From Sphingopyxis sp. (GTDB lineage Bacteria > Pseudomonadota > Alphaproteobacteria > Sphingomonadales > Sphingomonadaceae): a stretch of 64,000 nt of DNA. The translations under genes and the position numbers were made by a program. The stretch is taken from contig NVXM01000010.1 of assembly GCA_002733865.1 (NCBI GenBank), forward strand, positions 49,953 to 113,952, given 5' to 3'. The notes under the pieces are model-generated. The model was not told where the DNA came from and ran no database searches. It saw only the letters and a program-made list of their open reading frames with translations. This document shows positions 31,722-44,303 of this stretch, one piece after another. The number at the start of each line of letters is the position of its first letter. Position 1 is the first letter of the stretch.

Positions 31722-32776
31722 TGCGGCTGCTGGCCTGGCTGCACCGCTGGACCGGCGGCCTGATCGGGTTGCTCCTCGCCTTGCTGGGGGCAACCGGAAC
31801 CCTGCTGCTCTGGAAAGAGCAATATCTGGGACTGACGCTGGGTGGAGGCAATGCGGCACCGATATCCGGCGCTGCCCATTATGCTGCCATTACCGGCACC
31901 ATGCTGGAATCGGCTTCGGGCACGCCCCGCAATATCATCTTCGCGCACGACGGCTTGGCGCTGAACAGCCTGTCCGATACCGATGGTGGCGGCTTTTATG
32001 CGGACCAGTCGGGTCAGTTTCTGGCCGGATGGAACTCGTCCTGGGACAGGCCCGAGACATTTCTGTTTGATCTGCACCACCATCTGCTGATCGGCGACAC
32101 AGGAGAGCTGTTTACCGGTATCGCCGGGCTGATTGGCCTCGCTTTCGTGGTCACCGGCCTGATCCTGTGGTGGCGCACCCGGAGGACCTTCAAGCCGCGC
32201 CTCTGGCCAGCGCGCATGACCCGCAGCGCGATCATTCGCCAGCATCGCGATATCGGCACGCTAATGGCACCGCTGCTTGTCCTGACCATGCTGACCGGAG
32301 TCATGCTGACCCTGCGCCCAGTCGCCTATTTCCTGCTCTCGCCTCTGTCATCGATCGAGGACATACAGGCCGCCACCGCGCCGCCACAGGTGAAGGGCGG
32401 ATTGGCGGACAAGATCGACTGGACGAGCATCTATAGCACCGCCGAACAGCGCTTCCCGCAGGCGGAACTGCGCATCGCCAGCTTCCCCAGAGAGCCGGGT
32501 GACCTGGTCTCGCTGAGAATGAAGCAGCCGTCGGAATGGTTGCCCAATGGTCGCACTTTGCTGTGGTTCGATCCGGCCACCGCTCGGCTGATCGACTCCC
32601 GCGATGCGAACCGGCATCCGGTGGGGTTAAAGACCTTCAATCTCGCTTATCCGCTGCACGCCGCAAAGGTCGGCGGATGGGCCTATAAACTGCTGCAGAC
32701 GCTCACCGGCCTGACCCTTACGTTGCTCGGCAGTCTCGCCGTATGGAGCTTCTGGTTCCGGCGGAACTCCCGTTAA
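31721..32776 (+). CDS. PepSY-associated TM helix protein (iron-uptake associated)
   Basis: LHRWTG, DLHHHL, HRDIG, PLH His motifs; coupled to the receptor. Confidence 0.9.
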   Translation: MRLLAWLHRWTGGLIGLLLALLGATGTLLLWKEQYLGLTLGGGNAAPISGAAHYAAITGTMLESASGTPRNIIFAHDGLALNSLSDTDGGGFYADQSGQFLAGWNSSWDRPETFLFDLHHHLLIGDTGELFTGIAGLIGLAFVVTGLILWWRTRRTFKPRLWPARMTRSAIIRQHRDIGTLMAPLLVLTMLTGVMLTLRPVAYFLLSPLSSIEDIQAATAPPQVKGGLADKIDWTSIYSTAEQRFPQAELRIASFPREPGDLVSLRMKQPSEWLPNGRTLLWFDPATARLIDSRDANRHPVGLKTFNLAYPLHAAKVGGWAYKLLQTLTGLTLTLLGSLAVWSFWFRRNSR

Positions 32777-32834
32777 TCCCGTCTGCTATCGGGCTATCGC
32801 AAGCGGGTTAGCCGCTGCGAACCGGGGAGCAAGA

Positions 32835-32867
32835 AAAAGCCCGGAGCAATCGCTTGCCCCGGGCTTG
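32835..32867 (-). terminator. glnA terminator
   Basis: aaaaagcccgg...ccgggctt hairpin with a U tract on the minus strand. Confidence 0.75.
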
Positions 32868-32891
32868 TTGTCTGCAATCTGATCGAAAGAA

Positions 32892-34304
<1,413 letters not shown>

Positions 34305-34356
34305 ATTTTGGTCCCTTGGTTCTGGTTGGATTGGATTGTTGGCGAAAAGAAAAAGT

Positions 34357-34755
<399 letters not shown>

Positions 34756-34781
34756 TCAGCCGGGCACAATTGCCCGATTCC

Positions 34782-34798
34782 ATTCAATTACCATGCCA
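34782..34798 (-). promoter_or_regulatory. Putative sigma54 -24/-12 promoter of glnBA
   Basis: Minus strand TGGCATGGTAATTGAAT; GA in place of GC at -12. Confidence 0.6.
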
Positions 34799-34871
34799 GA
34801 ATTGATTCGTGAACAGAATCACCGGAATGCTTGGATCTAGTGCTAATGGCTAATCCGGCTGCTGACAATGC

Positions 34872-34919
34872 CGCCCAAAAAACAGGCATTTGCAAGGGCA
34901 AATGACCATAATTTGGGCA
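34872..34919. promoter_or_regulatory. Two putative NtrC enhancer sites
   Basis: 17-mers CGCCCAAAAAACAGGCA and TGACCATAATTTGGGCA, 31 bp apart. Confidence 0.55.
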
Positions 34920-34949
34920 GCATTTGGCCGCCGGAACGCCTCCCCGTAG

Positions 34950-37073
34950 TCAGCGCGCCGTCGGCGCCGTCATCTCTGGCAGGTTCTCCTTGGTCCAGTT
35001 CGACCGGTTAACCACATAATGGCGGATATTCTCGACCTGCTGGGGACTGAGCTGCGAGGCAAAGCCGACCATGCCGTGCTGTTTCAGCGCGCCGCCCGTG
35101 ACCACCGATGCCCAGGCGTCCTTGTCGCCCAGAACGCCGCTGATTCTCAGGTCCGGCGTGAAGCCGTTGCCGACTGCACTGTCGCCGTGGCAGACGATGC
35201 AGTTTCGGCCATAGAGACCCTTGCCAGCGGCAATCTGTTCCGGCGTGCCGGTTTCTGCCGGCGGGTCCCAGATGGTTTCGCCCTTGTCAGGCAGCGGCGG
35301 CAGCTTCGCCTTGCCGCCCAGCTTCAGCACCACCAGCCGCGGAATATTGGGCACTTGCCGCGTCACTCCGCCAGCGACCCCTGCGACGAGCGGAAAGGCG
35401 CCGCCCTTGCTGGTGAGGAAAGCAATATATTGCTCGCCGTCAATCATGTAGGTCGACGGGGCGCTGACGATCCCCGACTGCATCGGCATGCGCAGCAGTT
35501 CGTCGCCCGTGTCTGCCGCATAGGCCTTGAAGAAGCCGGTGCTGGTGCCCTGGAATACCAGATTTCCGGCGGTCGTCATCGTGCCGCCGTTCCAGGCCGC
35601 CGGATAATCAAAGCTCCACTGGACCTTGCCGGTTTTCGGGTTGAACGCGACCAGCTTTCCGGTGGTCGCTGCGATTGCCGCCTTGTAGATATCCTTGTCG
35701 TCGGGCAGTTGGGAAATCGCCCAGCCAACCCCGACATTGAAGCCGAGCCGCTCGCGTTTCTTGTCGATCTCGCTGACCGGCACTTCATAGCCCTGCGGGA
35801 TCTGCTGTGCCGGAATATAGACCAGCCCGGTGTTCGGATTATAGCTCATCGGATGCCAGTTATGCGCGCCCAGCGCTCCGGGAATGGCGACAAACGGCTT
35901 GCCGGTCTTGTAGAAGCGCGCATCGGGGTTTTCGATCGGCCGACCCGTTTCCATATCATAGCCGGTCGCCCAGTTGATGCCCTCGACATAAGGTTCGGCG
36001 CTGATCAGCGTGCCGTCGATCCGGTCGATGACGAAGAAAAAGCCGTTTTTCGGCGCGTGGTAGAGCACCTTGCGCATCTTGCCGTCGATCGGCATCTCGG
36101 CCTGGATGATATGCTGGGTCGCGGTATAGTCCCAGCTTTCCGCTGGCGTTTCCTGATAATGCCAGAGATATTTTCCGGTATCGGGATTGACTGCAACGAT
36201 CGAGGACAGGAACAGATTGTCGCCTTCGCCGCCCGAACGCAGCCCGTGGTTCCACGGATTGCCGTTGCCGACGCCGAAATAGAGCTGATCGAGTTCCTCG
36301 TCATAGACGATGCTGTCCCAGACGGTGCCGCCGCCACCGGATTCCTTCCACTCGCCATCGCCCCAGGTTTGCGCCGCCGCTTTCGCGAAAATCTCGTCGC
36401 TCGCTGCGCCATCCGGTTTTCCTTCCGGATTGGGCACGGTGTAAAAACGCCATTTCAGCTGCCCGTCCCTTGTGTCGTAGGCAGAGACATAACCGCGCAC
36501 GCCGAATTCCGCACCGCCATTTCCGATGACTACCATATTCTTGACCACGCGCGGCGCGCCGGTGATCGTATAGGGCTTGCTATTGTCGGTGGTCTGGGTT
36601 TCCCACAGGCGCGCGCCGGTATTCGCGTCGAGCGCGATCAGCCGACCATCGATGGTGCCGAAAAACAGCTTGCCGCGACTGATCGCGACGCCGCGATTGA
36701 CGACGTCACAGCAGGCATCAACCGCCTTGGCGCCATCGACCGCAGGGTCATAGGACCAAAGTTCCTCACCACTTTTCGCATCATAAGCAAAAACCTTTGA
36801 CCATGCGGTGGAGATATAGAGCTTGCCAGCCACTTCAATCGGCGTTGCTTCCTGGCCGCGCGCATCGGGCAGGTCCTTGAACCAGGCGATGCCGAGCTTG
36901 TCGACATTGCTTTCGTTGATCTGGTCGAGCGGGCTGTAGCGCTGTTCCTTGGCATCAAAGCCGATGCTGTTCCACCCGGCTTCCACCGTCTCATCGGGGG
37001 CTTCCGGTGCGCCGGTCTGACTCTCGCAAGCCACCAGCATCAATGGCATCAACAACAAACCCAGCCTGCGCAT
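34950..37073 (-). CDS. PQQ-dependent quinohemoprotein alcohol dehydrogenase, lipoprotein
   Basis: LVAC lipobox, ACCDVVNRG vicinal cysteines, GAHNWHPMSY, heme motif CIVCH. Confidence 0.93.
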   Translation of the reverse strand: MRRLGLLLMPLMLVACESQTGAPEAPDETVEAGWNSIGFDAKEQRYSPLDQINESNVDKLGIAWFKDLPDARGQEATPIEVAGKLYISTAWSKVFAYDAKSGEELWSYDPAVDGAKAVDACCDVVNRGVAISRGKLFFGTIDGRLIALDANTGARLWETQTTDNSKPYTITGAPRVVKNMVVIGNGGAEFGVRGYVSAYDTRDGQLKWRFYTVPNPEGKPDGAASDEIFAKAAAQTWGDGEWKESGGGGTVWDSIVYDEELDQLYFGVGNGNPWNHGLRSGGEGDNLFLSSIVAVNPDTGKYLWHYQETPAESWDYTATQHIIQAEMPIDGKMRKVLYHAPKNGFFFVIDRIDGTLISAEPYVEGINWATGYDMETGRPIENPDARFYKTGKPFVAIPGALGAHNWHPMSYNPNTGLVYIPAQQIPQGYEVPVSEIDKKRERLGFNVGVGWAISQLPDDKDIYKAAIAATTGKLVAFNPKTGKVQWSFDYPAAWNGGTMTTAGNLVFQGTSTGFFKAYAADTGDELLRMPMQSGIVSAPSTYMIDGEQYIAFLTSKGGAFPLVAGVAGGVTRQVPNIPRLVVLKLGGKAKLPPLPDKGETIWDPPAETGTPEQIAAGKGLYGRNCIVCHGDSAVGNGFTPDLRISGVLGDKDAWASVVTGGALKQHGMVGFASQLSPQQVENIRHYVVNRSNWTKENLPEMTAPTAR

Positions 37074-37239
37074 AACCCGTCTCCCAAAACTACCGGACGG
37101 TAACCCGACCGTATGGTTTAACTGACTAGCTAAATTGGGAGCGGCTGGTCAAGGATTATAGAGCGGTCCCGTTCAGCCAGCGCCGCCGCGGTCCTCGCTT
37201 GCAGGCTTGCGCCGCCGCGCTCCCTCGCTATTATGCGTC

Positions 37240-38343
37240 ATGCCAGATAATTCAGACACGCCGGACAAACCTGAAACCACCGCCAGTTCGGGACCGCCCG
37301 CGTCGCGGCTGACCGGCGGCAGTGCAGGCGAGATCGCCAAGGCCGTTCTGATCATCGTTGCGATCGGCGGTCTTGCTTGGCTTGCGGTCGAGCTGGCCCG
37401 CTTCTTCCTGCTGGTGTTCGCGGCGGTGGTGATCGCCGCAGTGTTCGATGCGATTGCCAGCTGGCTGTGCCGCGTCACCGGCATGCCCCGCTGGCTTGGC
37501 CTGACTCTCGCCGTCACTGGCCTGTTCGCCTTGTTCGGAAGCGCCTTCCTGCTGTTCGGCTCGCAAATCACCAGCGAATTCGAAACCATCCGCGCCACCG
37601 TTCCGCAAGCGATGCAGAGCATCGAGCAATTTCTCAACCAATATGGCCTGGGCGACAAGGCGCGCGAACTGGTCGAGGCCGGCAGCCAGGACATCTCCCG
37701 GATTCTGTCCAGCGCCGGTGGCTTCGCGCTCGCTGCCGGAAGCGGCATTGCCGATTTCGTGCTGGTCGTTGTCGGCGCGATTTTTCTCGCCAGCGATCCG
37801 GCGACCTATCGCCGCGGTCTGCTGCTGCTGATCCCGGCCCGCGCAGAACCCACCGCTGCCAGAGCCCTCGAAGACAGCGGCAAGGGCCTGCGCGGCTGGA
37901 TGATGGGGCAGGCGGTCTCCTCGCTGCTGGTGGGCGCGCTGACCTGGCTCGGCCTCGAACTACTCGGCGTGCCTGCCGCCGGTGGCCTGGCGGTGGTGGC
38001 CGGCCTGCTCGACGTGATCCCGATGGTCGGTCCGGTGATCGCCGGGGTGCCGGCGGCGCTGCTAGCCTTCACGGTCTCGCCGATGACCGCGCTGTGGACC
38101 GTGCTGCTGTTCCTCGGGATCCAGCAGCTGCAGGGCAATTTTCTGCAGCCGATGATCCAGAAACAGGCGGTCAATGTGCCGCCGGCGGTGCTGCTGTTCG
38201 CAGTGCTGGCGTCCGGCCTGCTGTTCGGCTTCATCGGCGTTCTGCTCGCCGCGCCGCTGACCATCGTGCTGTTCGTGACGGTGCAGCGCGTCTATGTCGA
38301 GGCGATACTGGGCAAATCGGTCGAAGTCGGCGGCGGCAGCTAG
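37240..38343 (+). CDS. AI-2E family transporter
   Basis: IPMVGP, QQLQGNFLQP, GVLLAAPL; multi-TM. Confidence 0.9.
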   Translation: MPDNSDTPDKPETTASSGPPASRLTGGSAGEIAKAVLIIVAIGGLAWLAVELARFFLLVFAAVVIAAVFDAIASWLCRVTGMPRWLGLTLAVTGLFALFGSAFLLFGSQITSEFETIRATVPQAMQSIEQFLNQYGLGDKARELVEAGSQDISRILSSAGGFALAAGSGIADFVLVVVGAIFLASDPATYRRGLLLLIPARAEPTAARALEDSGKGLRGWMMGQAVSSLLVGALTWLGLELLGVPAAGGLAVVAGLLDVIPMVGPVIAGVPAALLAFTVSPMTALWTVLLFLGIQQLQGNFLQPMIQKQAVNVPPAVLLFAVLASGLLFGFIGVLLAAPLTIVLFVTVQRVYVEAILGKSVEVGGGS

Positions 38344-38533
38344 GCCAGACCCGCCCGGGCCAGAAGCCGTTTAGCCAGCTTTACCGGCTGCCGCCATCCC
38401 ACATGCGGGCCGCATTTGTTTGCATCTGAATGGTTGGAGGCATCTTAGCCAGCAGCGCGCATGCCAGTCCGGAACCGGTCGTGACCCCGCAGCCATTAAC
38501 GTTTCTGATGCAATTGATGGTTAAAACGTTGCT

Positions 38534-40336
38534 ATGAAATTAGCGACTATTACCAACTGGGCTTATGGTACGACAGTTGTCCTGACCGTCATTTCGGGAA
38601 CGACGATGCTCATGGCATCGAACGCGCTGGATCGGGAACGTGCTGCCGAAGCGCAGCGCTATCGGCTGGACAAGGCAACATATAATCTGGAGCATGACGC
38701 TTTTGCGCTGACCGGTCAGGCGCGCCAATATGTCATCACCGAGGATCCCACGCATCTTGCGGTCTACCGGCGCACTGCTGCGGACCTGAAGGACGTGGAG
38801 GACCGCTTGCGCGAGGTGGATGACGCAGGGGCCGGGCCGGATGAACTGAATTCGCTGAAAGAGGCCCTGCGATGGGTCGACAGCCTGCACGTGCAACAAC
38901 TTGCCGCGCTGACCGCCCAACAAAGCGGCGATACGGCAAGGGCCCGCCAGATCATGTTCGGGGCCGAATATGAGCGTGAGCTCAACCGGGTCGAATCGAT
39001 GATCGAGCGCTTTCAGTATCGGCTGGATGAGCGGACCGGCGCTGAAGTGGAAGAAGCTGCGGCAATCGCTCGTGCATGGAAGACGATATCGGAAATCGTC
39101 CTTGGCATAACCGGCCTGCTCTTTTTATGCGTGCTATATTTCATATTCAAACGCCGCGTGCTGCGACCGGTGGTGCGACTGAGCGATGTCGTGAAGCGAT
39201 TGGCCAAGCAGGACTATACGGTTGAAGCGCCGACCACTGATCAGATTGACGAGATCGGGGATATGGCCGAAGCAATCGAGCTTTACCGCGAGAACGCAAT
39301 CGAGCGCCAGCGGCTGGAAGTTGAGCGCGACGCCGAGCGTTTGACGCGGGATTTGCTGTCTCGGATGACCCAGCGGATGCAGGGATGCGACAGCTTGTCT
39401 GATCTGGAGGGAGTGATCCAGCGATTTGTCCCCGAAATCATACCCGGTCTCGCCGGACGGCTCTACCTGCTCGACGGCTCGCGCAACGCCATGGTTGAGG
39501 CCTGCTCCTGGCTCTCGCCTGAATATTCGCGATCCGAATTTTCGTCGCTTTCCTGCTGGGGCTTGCGCCGCGGCCTGCCGCACCGCCCGGGTGGCAAAAA
39601 GTTCGATGTCCCCTGCGAACATCTGGACCTTGGCGATGCTCCCATGGTCGATACAATCTGCCTTCCGTTGACCGTGCAGCAGGAGACGCTGGGATTGCTT
39701 TATTTTGAGCCGGTCAGCTTGGGAGAAACCATCGCCGATGTTCCTGACATCCGGCTTCGCATGCTCTCGGAGAATATCGGTCTTGCGCTTGCAAATATGC
39801 GCTTGCGCGATGCGCTGCGCGAAATGGCGATGGCTGACCCGCTCACTGGTCTGGCCAACCGCAGACGACTGGATGCGGTGCTGAAACATGAACTCGCCGA
39901 GGCCGAACGACTGAACGAGCCGATCAGTTGCCTGATGATCGATGTTGATCATTTCAAGCAGTTCAACGACCGCTTCGGCCATGATGCCGGTGACTCGGTG
40001 CTGCGCGAGGTTGGTAGCACGCTGCGGGATCTCACGCGCGACGACAAGGCCGCTTTCCGCTATGGCGGAGAGGAATTCGTGCTGCTGTTGCCGGGCATAG
40101 GGCCCGACGCGGCACTGGCGCGCGCCGATAAAATTCGGGAGCGGATCAGCGATCTGAGGATCCAATATGGCAACGAGGCGCTGGGACCAATCACCGTGTC
40201 GATCGGCGTAGCCAGCCTGCCCGAACATTGTGGCGCAGAAGATCTTGTAAAAATGGCAGACAGCGCGCTCCGGCATGCCAAATCGAGCGGCCGCAATCGC
40301 GTCGAACCCGCAGCACCCCGCATGAACGCGGCCTGA
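38534..40336 (+). CDS. Sensor diguanylate cyclase (periplasmic domain, HAMP, GAF-like, GGDEF)
   Basis: Two TMs, DEIGDMA HAMP, DPLTGLANRR, RYGGEEF. Confidence 0.92.
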   Translation: MKLATITNWAYGTTVVLTVISGTTMLMASNALDRERAAEAQRYRLDKATYNLEHDAFALTGQARQYVITEDPTHLAVYRRTAADLKDVEDRLREVDDAGAGPDELNSLKEALRWVDSLHVQQLAALTAQQSGDTARARQIMFGAEYERELNRVESMIERFQYRLDERTGAEVEEAAAIARAWKTISEIVLGITGLLFLCVLYFIFKRRVLRPVVRLSDVVKRLAKQDYTVEAPTTDQIDEIGDMAEAIELYRENAIERQRLEVERDAERLTRDLLSRMTQRMQGCDSLSDLEGVIQRFVPEIIPGLAGRLYLLDGSRNAMVEACSWLSPEYSRSEFSSLSCWGLRRGLPHRPGGKKFDVPCEHLDLGDAPMVDTICLPLTVQQETLGLLYFEPVSLGETIADVPDIRLRMLSENIGLALANMRLRDALREMAMADPLTGLANRRRLDAVLKHELAEAERLNEPISCLMIDVDHFKQFNDRFGHDAGDSVLREVGSTLRDLTRDDKAAFRYGGEEFVLLLPGIGPDAALARADKIRERISDLRIQYGNEALGPITVSIGVASLPEHCGAEDLVKMADSALRHAKSSGRNRVEPAAPRMNAA

Positions 40337-40342
40337 CCGCTT

Positions 40343-40381
40343 GGCCTTCCAGGCCTCAATGACGCAGCTGGTTCGAGCGGT
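40343..40381 (+). repeat. 39-bp imperfect direct repeat, left copy
   Basis: ggccttccaggcctcaatgacgcagctggttcgagcggt; 34/39 identical to 44304-44342. Confidence 0.8.
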
Positions 40382-40411
40382 TGGCGGCCAGTTTATCTCC
40401 GTGCCACCGGC

Positions 40412-42721
40412 CTATTCGCGGATAACCCGCGACGGTTTGGTTCCGCCCCGATTGCATTCCCGTTGGCGCCGCTCCTGATAGGCGGCATAGCGTCCGTGCG
40501 CGGCGTTCATCTGTCCGGTTATTTTTGATTTCTCCTTGAAGGACATACCGGTTTCGTCGATCGCAAAGAGGCGTTTGAGCTCTGCCTGCATCTCCTGAAA
40601 CATCCGCGAATCCTCAGCATCGCGACCGCAGAACTCCAGACGCATCGACGACGGATTCTGGGGCTGGGAGCGGCTGCCGCCGGAGGAACCCGATGATGCT
40701 GAAGGGGGCGGGGCGCTGTTTCGGGATGTGGTCCCGCTGCCGGACCTGCTTCCGGCAGAAGAGGACCCCGCTGCCCGCTGGCGCGAACTCGCTGCGCTCT
40801 GTACCCGGCTGCCGTTGCGCCTGGCTTCGCGGGCCTCGCGCTCGCGATTCCAGCTTGCCTGACGTTCGATACGGGCGAGATTCTCGCGGGTCCGGGCGCG
40901 TTCGCGCGCCATATTCTGTGCCCTCACCTGGTTGTTATATTCATTAAGCCCGGACGCCACACCGCTGAGCACCATCGACGCCATCCCCAGCCAGTCGACG
41001 CGGTTGCGGCGCTTCTCCGCCAGACGCCTGCGTTCGGCCCGCGCAGCCCGCTCACGCCGCTCGCGTTCCTCGCGCGCCTTGCGTTCTGCGATCTGCCGCT
41101 GCCGCTCGAGAAAGCGCTCGCGGCCCAGAGTGTACCGCATTTCGGCGGTTTGCCCACTGGCGTCGGTGCGGGTAGGATCCGCCCCGCCGGCAACCAGCAC
41201 GCGCACCAGGTTGCGCTGGGCGATGGACATCGTACGGCTCGGATCGGGATAGGCCCGGTCCAACGGCGTGCGACCGCTGTCGTCGGGGAGGTTGCCGTCG
41301 GCCCCTGCCGCCAGTAGCGCCGCGACGACACCGGCATGCTCCTCCTCCAGTGCGAGGTCGAGCAGGCGCGGCTGGCCAGCTATTTTCGTCTCAGCCTCCA
41401 TTCCGGTCGCCAGCAACCGCTTCGTCGCTTCCACCGACCCTCCGGCAACAGCCAGATATATTGGCGCCGCCTTAATCTGCGGAGCTGCCGCCGCCGGATC
41501 CCATCCGCGGGTCATGAATCCCTCGAGCAGCGCGTCGAGATCCAGTCCGCGTCCGGTCTCGTTGCGGGCCTGCATCGCCACCAGCAACGGCGTCACGCCA
41601 TTGGGGTCTGTGCCGTCTATTTTAGCACCGGCATCCAGCAGCAGGTCTATCAGCGCAAAATCGCCCCGCGGGACGCTCGAAATTGCGGCGAAGTGGATCG
41701 GCAGATGGCCTTGCTTGTTCGCCGCGTTCACATCCGCACCGCCATTCACGAACAGTTCCGCTAACGCCAAATCGCCATTGGTCAGCGCAATGTGCAGGGG
41801 GGTATTGCCGCGCGGATCGGTAAAGGCGGCAAAATCGTCGCGCCTTGCCGCGATCCGCTGGATCAGGTCAACCGGCGCGCCGATCGTCACCGCCCGCATC
41901 ATGATATAGGGCCAAAGGCGATAGCGGGACGGCGTGTCGTCGATCAGCCGTTCGAGCATCGCCCGGTGCCGCTCCATATTGGCGCTGTCCGACAGGATCA
42001 CCGCCATCAGGTCCGCGGTCTTGAAAATCTTCGTGGGCGCGCCGCTCGCAGTACCCGCAAAATAGCCGGCGAGCAGTTCGCGCACGCCCTTTCTGGCGTT
42101 GCGCGCCATCTGCCCGTTCGGATCGGCGCGGTAGCTGATGGCAAGCACCGGATCGGTCGGCGGCACCCCGACATAGCCTGCCGGTTCTCCTGATGCGGTC
42201 CGAAGCGACGTAGACTCGAGAAACGAAGCCCAGTCATAGACCAGACCGCTGGCCGCTCGCACCCGCCATGTCGGCTGCAGGTCTCTGGCCAGCAGGTCGA
42301 ACGACTTGCGTACCGCCTTGCCGAGATTTTTGTCGCAGGTCTCGGTGCCCTTGTGAGTGATGAATTCCGAGGTCAGGGTCACGCAGACGTGATCCTTGTT
42401 CTGAAATATATAGCGACCGGTCGGCACATATTGGCCGCGCAGCATCTGGGCGCGGATGAAGCTGCTTGCCGGCAGGTCGGGAGAGAATTCCGCCACGTTG
42501 CTGAACCGGCGCTCAACTTCTGCCATGACCGCCGCACGGAACGCCGCATCGGAATTCTCTCCTGCCGGCACGCCTTTCAGTTCGGGATGCGCGACCACCG
42601 TCGGGGCGATCTGCACCACCATACTCATGTCGATCGGCTCGGCGCTGGCCAGAGACGGCAGCAGCGCCGCCGCGGACGCGCTGGCCATCGCCAGCAGTTT
42701 GCGTGTTATCGGGCGCTTCAC
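40412..42721 (-). CDS. Exported ankyrin-repeat protein with a coiled coil and a Ser/Gly-rich tail
   Basis: Signal peptide ..ASA-EP; GNTPLHIA, GHLPIHFAA, GVTPLLVA, GRTPLDRA ankyrin starts. Confidence 0.85.
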   Translation of the reverse strand: MKRPITRKLLAMASASAAALLPSLASAEPIDMSMVVQIAPTVVAHPELKGVPAGENSDAAFRAAVMAEVERRFSNVAEFSPDLPASSFIRAQMLRGQYVPTGRYIFQNKDHVCVTLTSEFITHKGTETCDKNLGKAVRKSFDLLARDLQPTWRVRAASGLVYDWASFLESTSLRTASGEPAGYVGVPPTDPVLAISYRADPNGQMARNARKGVRELLAGYFAGTASGAPTKIFKTADLMAVILSDSANMERHRAMLERLIDDTPSRYRLWPYIMMRAVTIGAPVDLIQRIAARRDDFAAFTDPRGNTPLHIALTNGDLALAELFVNGGADVNAANKQGHLPIHFAAISSVPRGDFALIDLLLDAGAKIDGTDPNGVTPLLVAMQARNETGRGLDLDALLEGFMTRGWDPAAAAPQIKAAPIYLAVAGGSVEATKRLLATGMEAETKIAGQPRLLDLALEEEHAGVVAALLAAGADGNLPDDSGRTPLDRAYPDPSRTMSIAQRNLVRVLVAGGADPTRTDASGQTAEMRYTLGRERFLERQRQIAERKAREERERRERAARAERRRLAEKRRNRVDWLGMASMVLSGVASGLNEYNNQVRAQNMARERARTRENLARIERQASWNREREAREARRNGSRVQSAASSRQRAAGSSSAGSRSGSGTTSRNSAPPPSASSGSSGGSRSQPQNPSSMRLEFCGRDAEDSRMFQEMQAELKRLFAIDETGMSFKEKSKITGQMNAAHGRYAAYQERRQRECNRGGTKPSRVIRE

Positions 42722-43467
42722 TGGCCGCCTGCGGCCTCGATACTTGCCAGCGAAGCCTTCAGGCGGTCAATTTCCTTGCGCATCAGTTCGACACTGTTGC
42801 CCAGCGTCGCCCCGGCCCTTTTCATCTCGGCCATATAGTCCGGTCCCAGCTTCACAGCGTCCATCATGATCGGTTGCCCGAGCGGGTTGATATTGCCGCT
42901 GCGCGCGCCCTGGTCGATCAGCCAGCGCAGGCGCTCCAGCCGTTCGGGCAGGCTTGTCTGGCGCGGCAGGCAATAGCCTGCCAGCGTTTCTGGTGTCTGA
43001 TATTGATCCAGCTCCGCATTCCCGAAAATAAAGCCGTCACCGTAGACCAGCTGGTCAATCGGACGCACGCCGGCCGGACCTTCCTTATTGACGTCGGCAC
43101 CGAGCCCGATCAGTTGTTCCAGCACATCGATCCCGCACGGTCCCTGGCCTGCGGTCAGGCAGGATAGGAACACTGACCCGATCGGCGTAGTCCCGTGGGT
43201 TTCCTTGGTCACCACCTCCTTCAGCTTAGGCTTGCGCTTGATCAGGTCGGCAAGACCGGCCGCCGTCAGTCGCCCGGCCATGGACAGGTTGAGCAGCTCC
43301 ATCGAACCATCGTCATAGCGATATTGGTCCTTGGTCGCGTGCGCGTCCTGAATATCGGCCATCTCGTTGACACAGGGTCCCTGCTGGGCATGAACCGGCG
43401 CAGCCAAGGCGATCGCGGCGATGCCCGTCAGGGCGACCAGGCGGCGGCGCAAACGGAGCCGGCTCAT
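42718..43467 (-). CDS. Exported ankyrin-like protein
   Basis: Signal peptide VHA-QQ; LIGLGADVNK..GVRPI; 4-bp overlaps with both neighbours. Confidence 0.75.
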   Translation of the reverse strand: MSRLRLRRRLVALTGIAAIALAAPVHAQQGPCVNEMADIQDAHATKDQYRYDDGSMELLNLSMAGRLTAAGLADLIKRKPKLKEVVTKETHGTTPIGSVFLSCLTAGQGPCGIDVLEQLIGLGADVNKEGPAGVRPIDQLVYGDGFIFGNAELDQYQTPETLAGYCLPRQTSLPERLERLRWLIDQGARSGNINPLGQPIMMDAVKLGPDYMAEMKRAGATLGNSVELMRKEIDRLKASLASIEAAGGQ

Positions 43468-44126
43468 TGGTGTGCCTCCAGCAGCGCAAGCCGCCTCTCG
43501 TAAAGCTCCAGGGTCTTGCGGAAAATCGTGGCGGTGGAGACGCCGTTGTCGTTCACCGGGTTCGCATCGGCCCCCGCCGCGACCAGCAGTTTGACATAGG
43601 CCGGACCGGCAACCATCGCGTTGGACATTGCCATCTTGCTCGTCGGGTCCGCGCCATTGTCGATCAGATACTGGACTATGCGCAGCCGCTCCTCCGGCGT
43701 CGCGCGCACATCGGGAATGGACCCCAGCTTCACCTGATCGCGGAACATCTTCTCGCCTTCCGGCCGGTCATAGACCGTGCCGGCGAGCGCATAGAGCAGC
43801 GGGGTCAGCCCCGGCTGGCCGTTCGACAGCACCGGGCGGGCGTCGGGATCAGCCCCGGCTTCGACCAGCAACTCGATCATCGCGAGACTTGCATTCGGGG
43901 CGATCGCCGCCATGCCGAGAAGTTCGGTAATGGCCCGCACATCGGTCGTCAGAGACGATTGCATTACATAGTCGGGATTTTCGGCGAGCAGGGTACGCAT
44001 CGCTTCGACCTCACCCTTTTGCGCATGGCGCATGGCATGGACCCGCACCATCGGGTCCTGTGCCTGTACCGGCGCCGCCAGGCTCAGGCTGAGCGCCGCA
44101 GCCACAAGAATTTGCAATAATTTCAC
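43464..44126 (-). CDS. Exported ankyrin-like protein (GTG start)
   Basis: Signal peptide VQA-QD; LLVEAGADPD..GLTPLLYA; LLVAAGADAN. Confidence 0.8.
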   Translation of the reverse strand: MKLLQILVAAALSLSLAAPVQAQDPMVRVHAMRHAQKGEVEAMRTLLAENPDYVMQSSLTTDVRAITELLGMAAIAPNASLAMIELLVEAGADPDARPVLSNGQPGLTPLLYALAGTVYDRPEGEKMFRDQVKLGSIPDVRATPEERLRIVQYLIDNGADPTSKMAMSNAMVAGPAYVKLLVAAGADANPVNDNGVSTATIFRKTLELYERRLALLEAHQ

Positions 44127-44303
44127 CCCGAATCCCCCCGTTACTTCAATGACTTGAATACGGCAGAAGGGGGGTGACTTGTCAACTTGACAGAAACGGA
44201 CAGGGGCTGTGGCGCCGCTCGACGATCCAGCGGGGCTTTTGCCGCAAGGGTACATCGGCGGTTTGACAGGGACAAACCTCCGGTGTAGCCTTGCCAACAG
44301 CTC

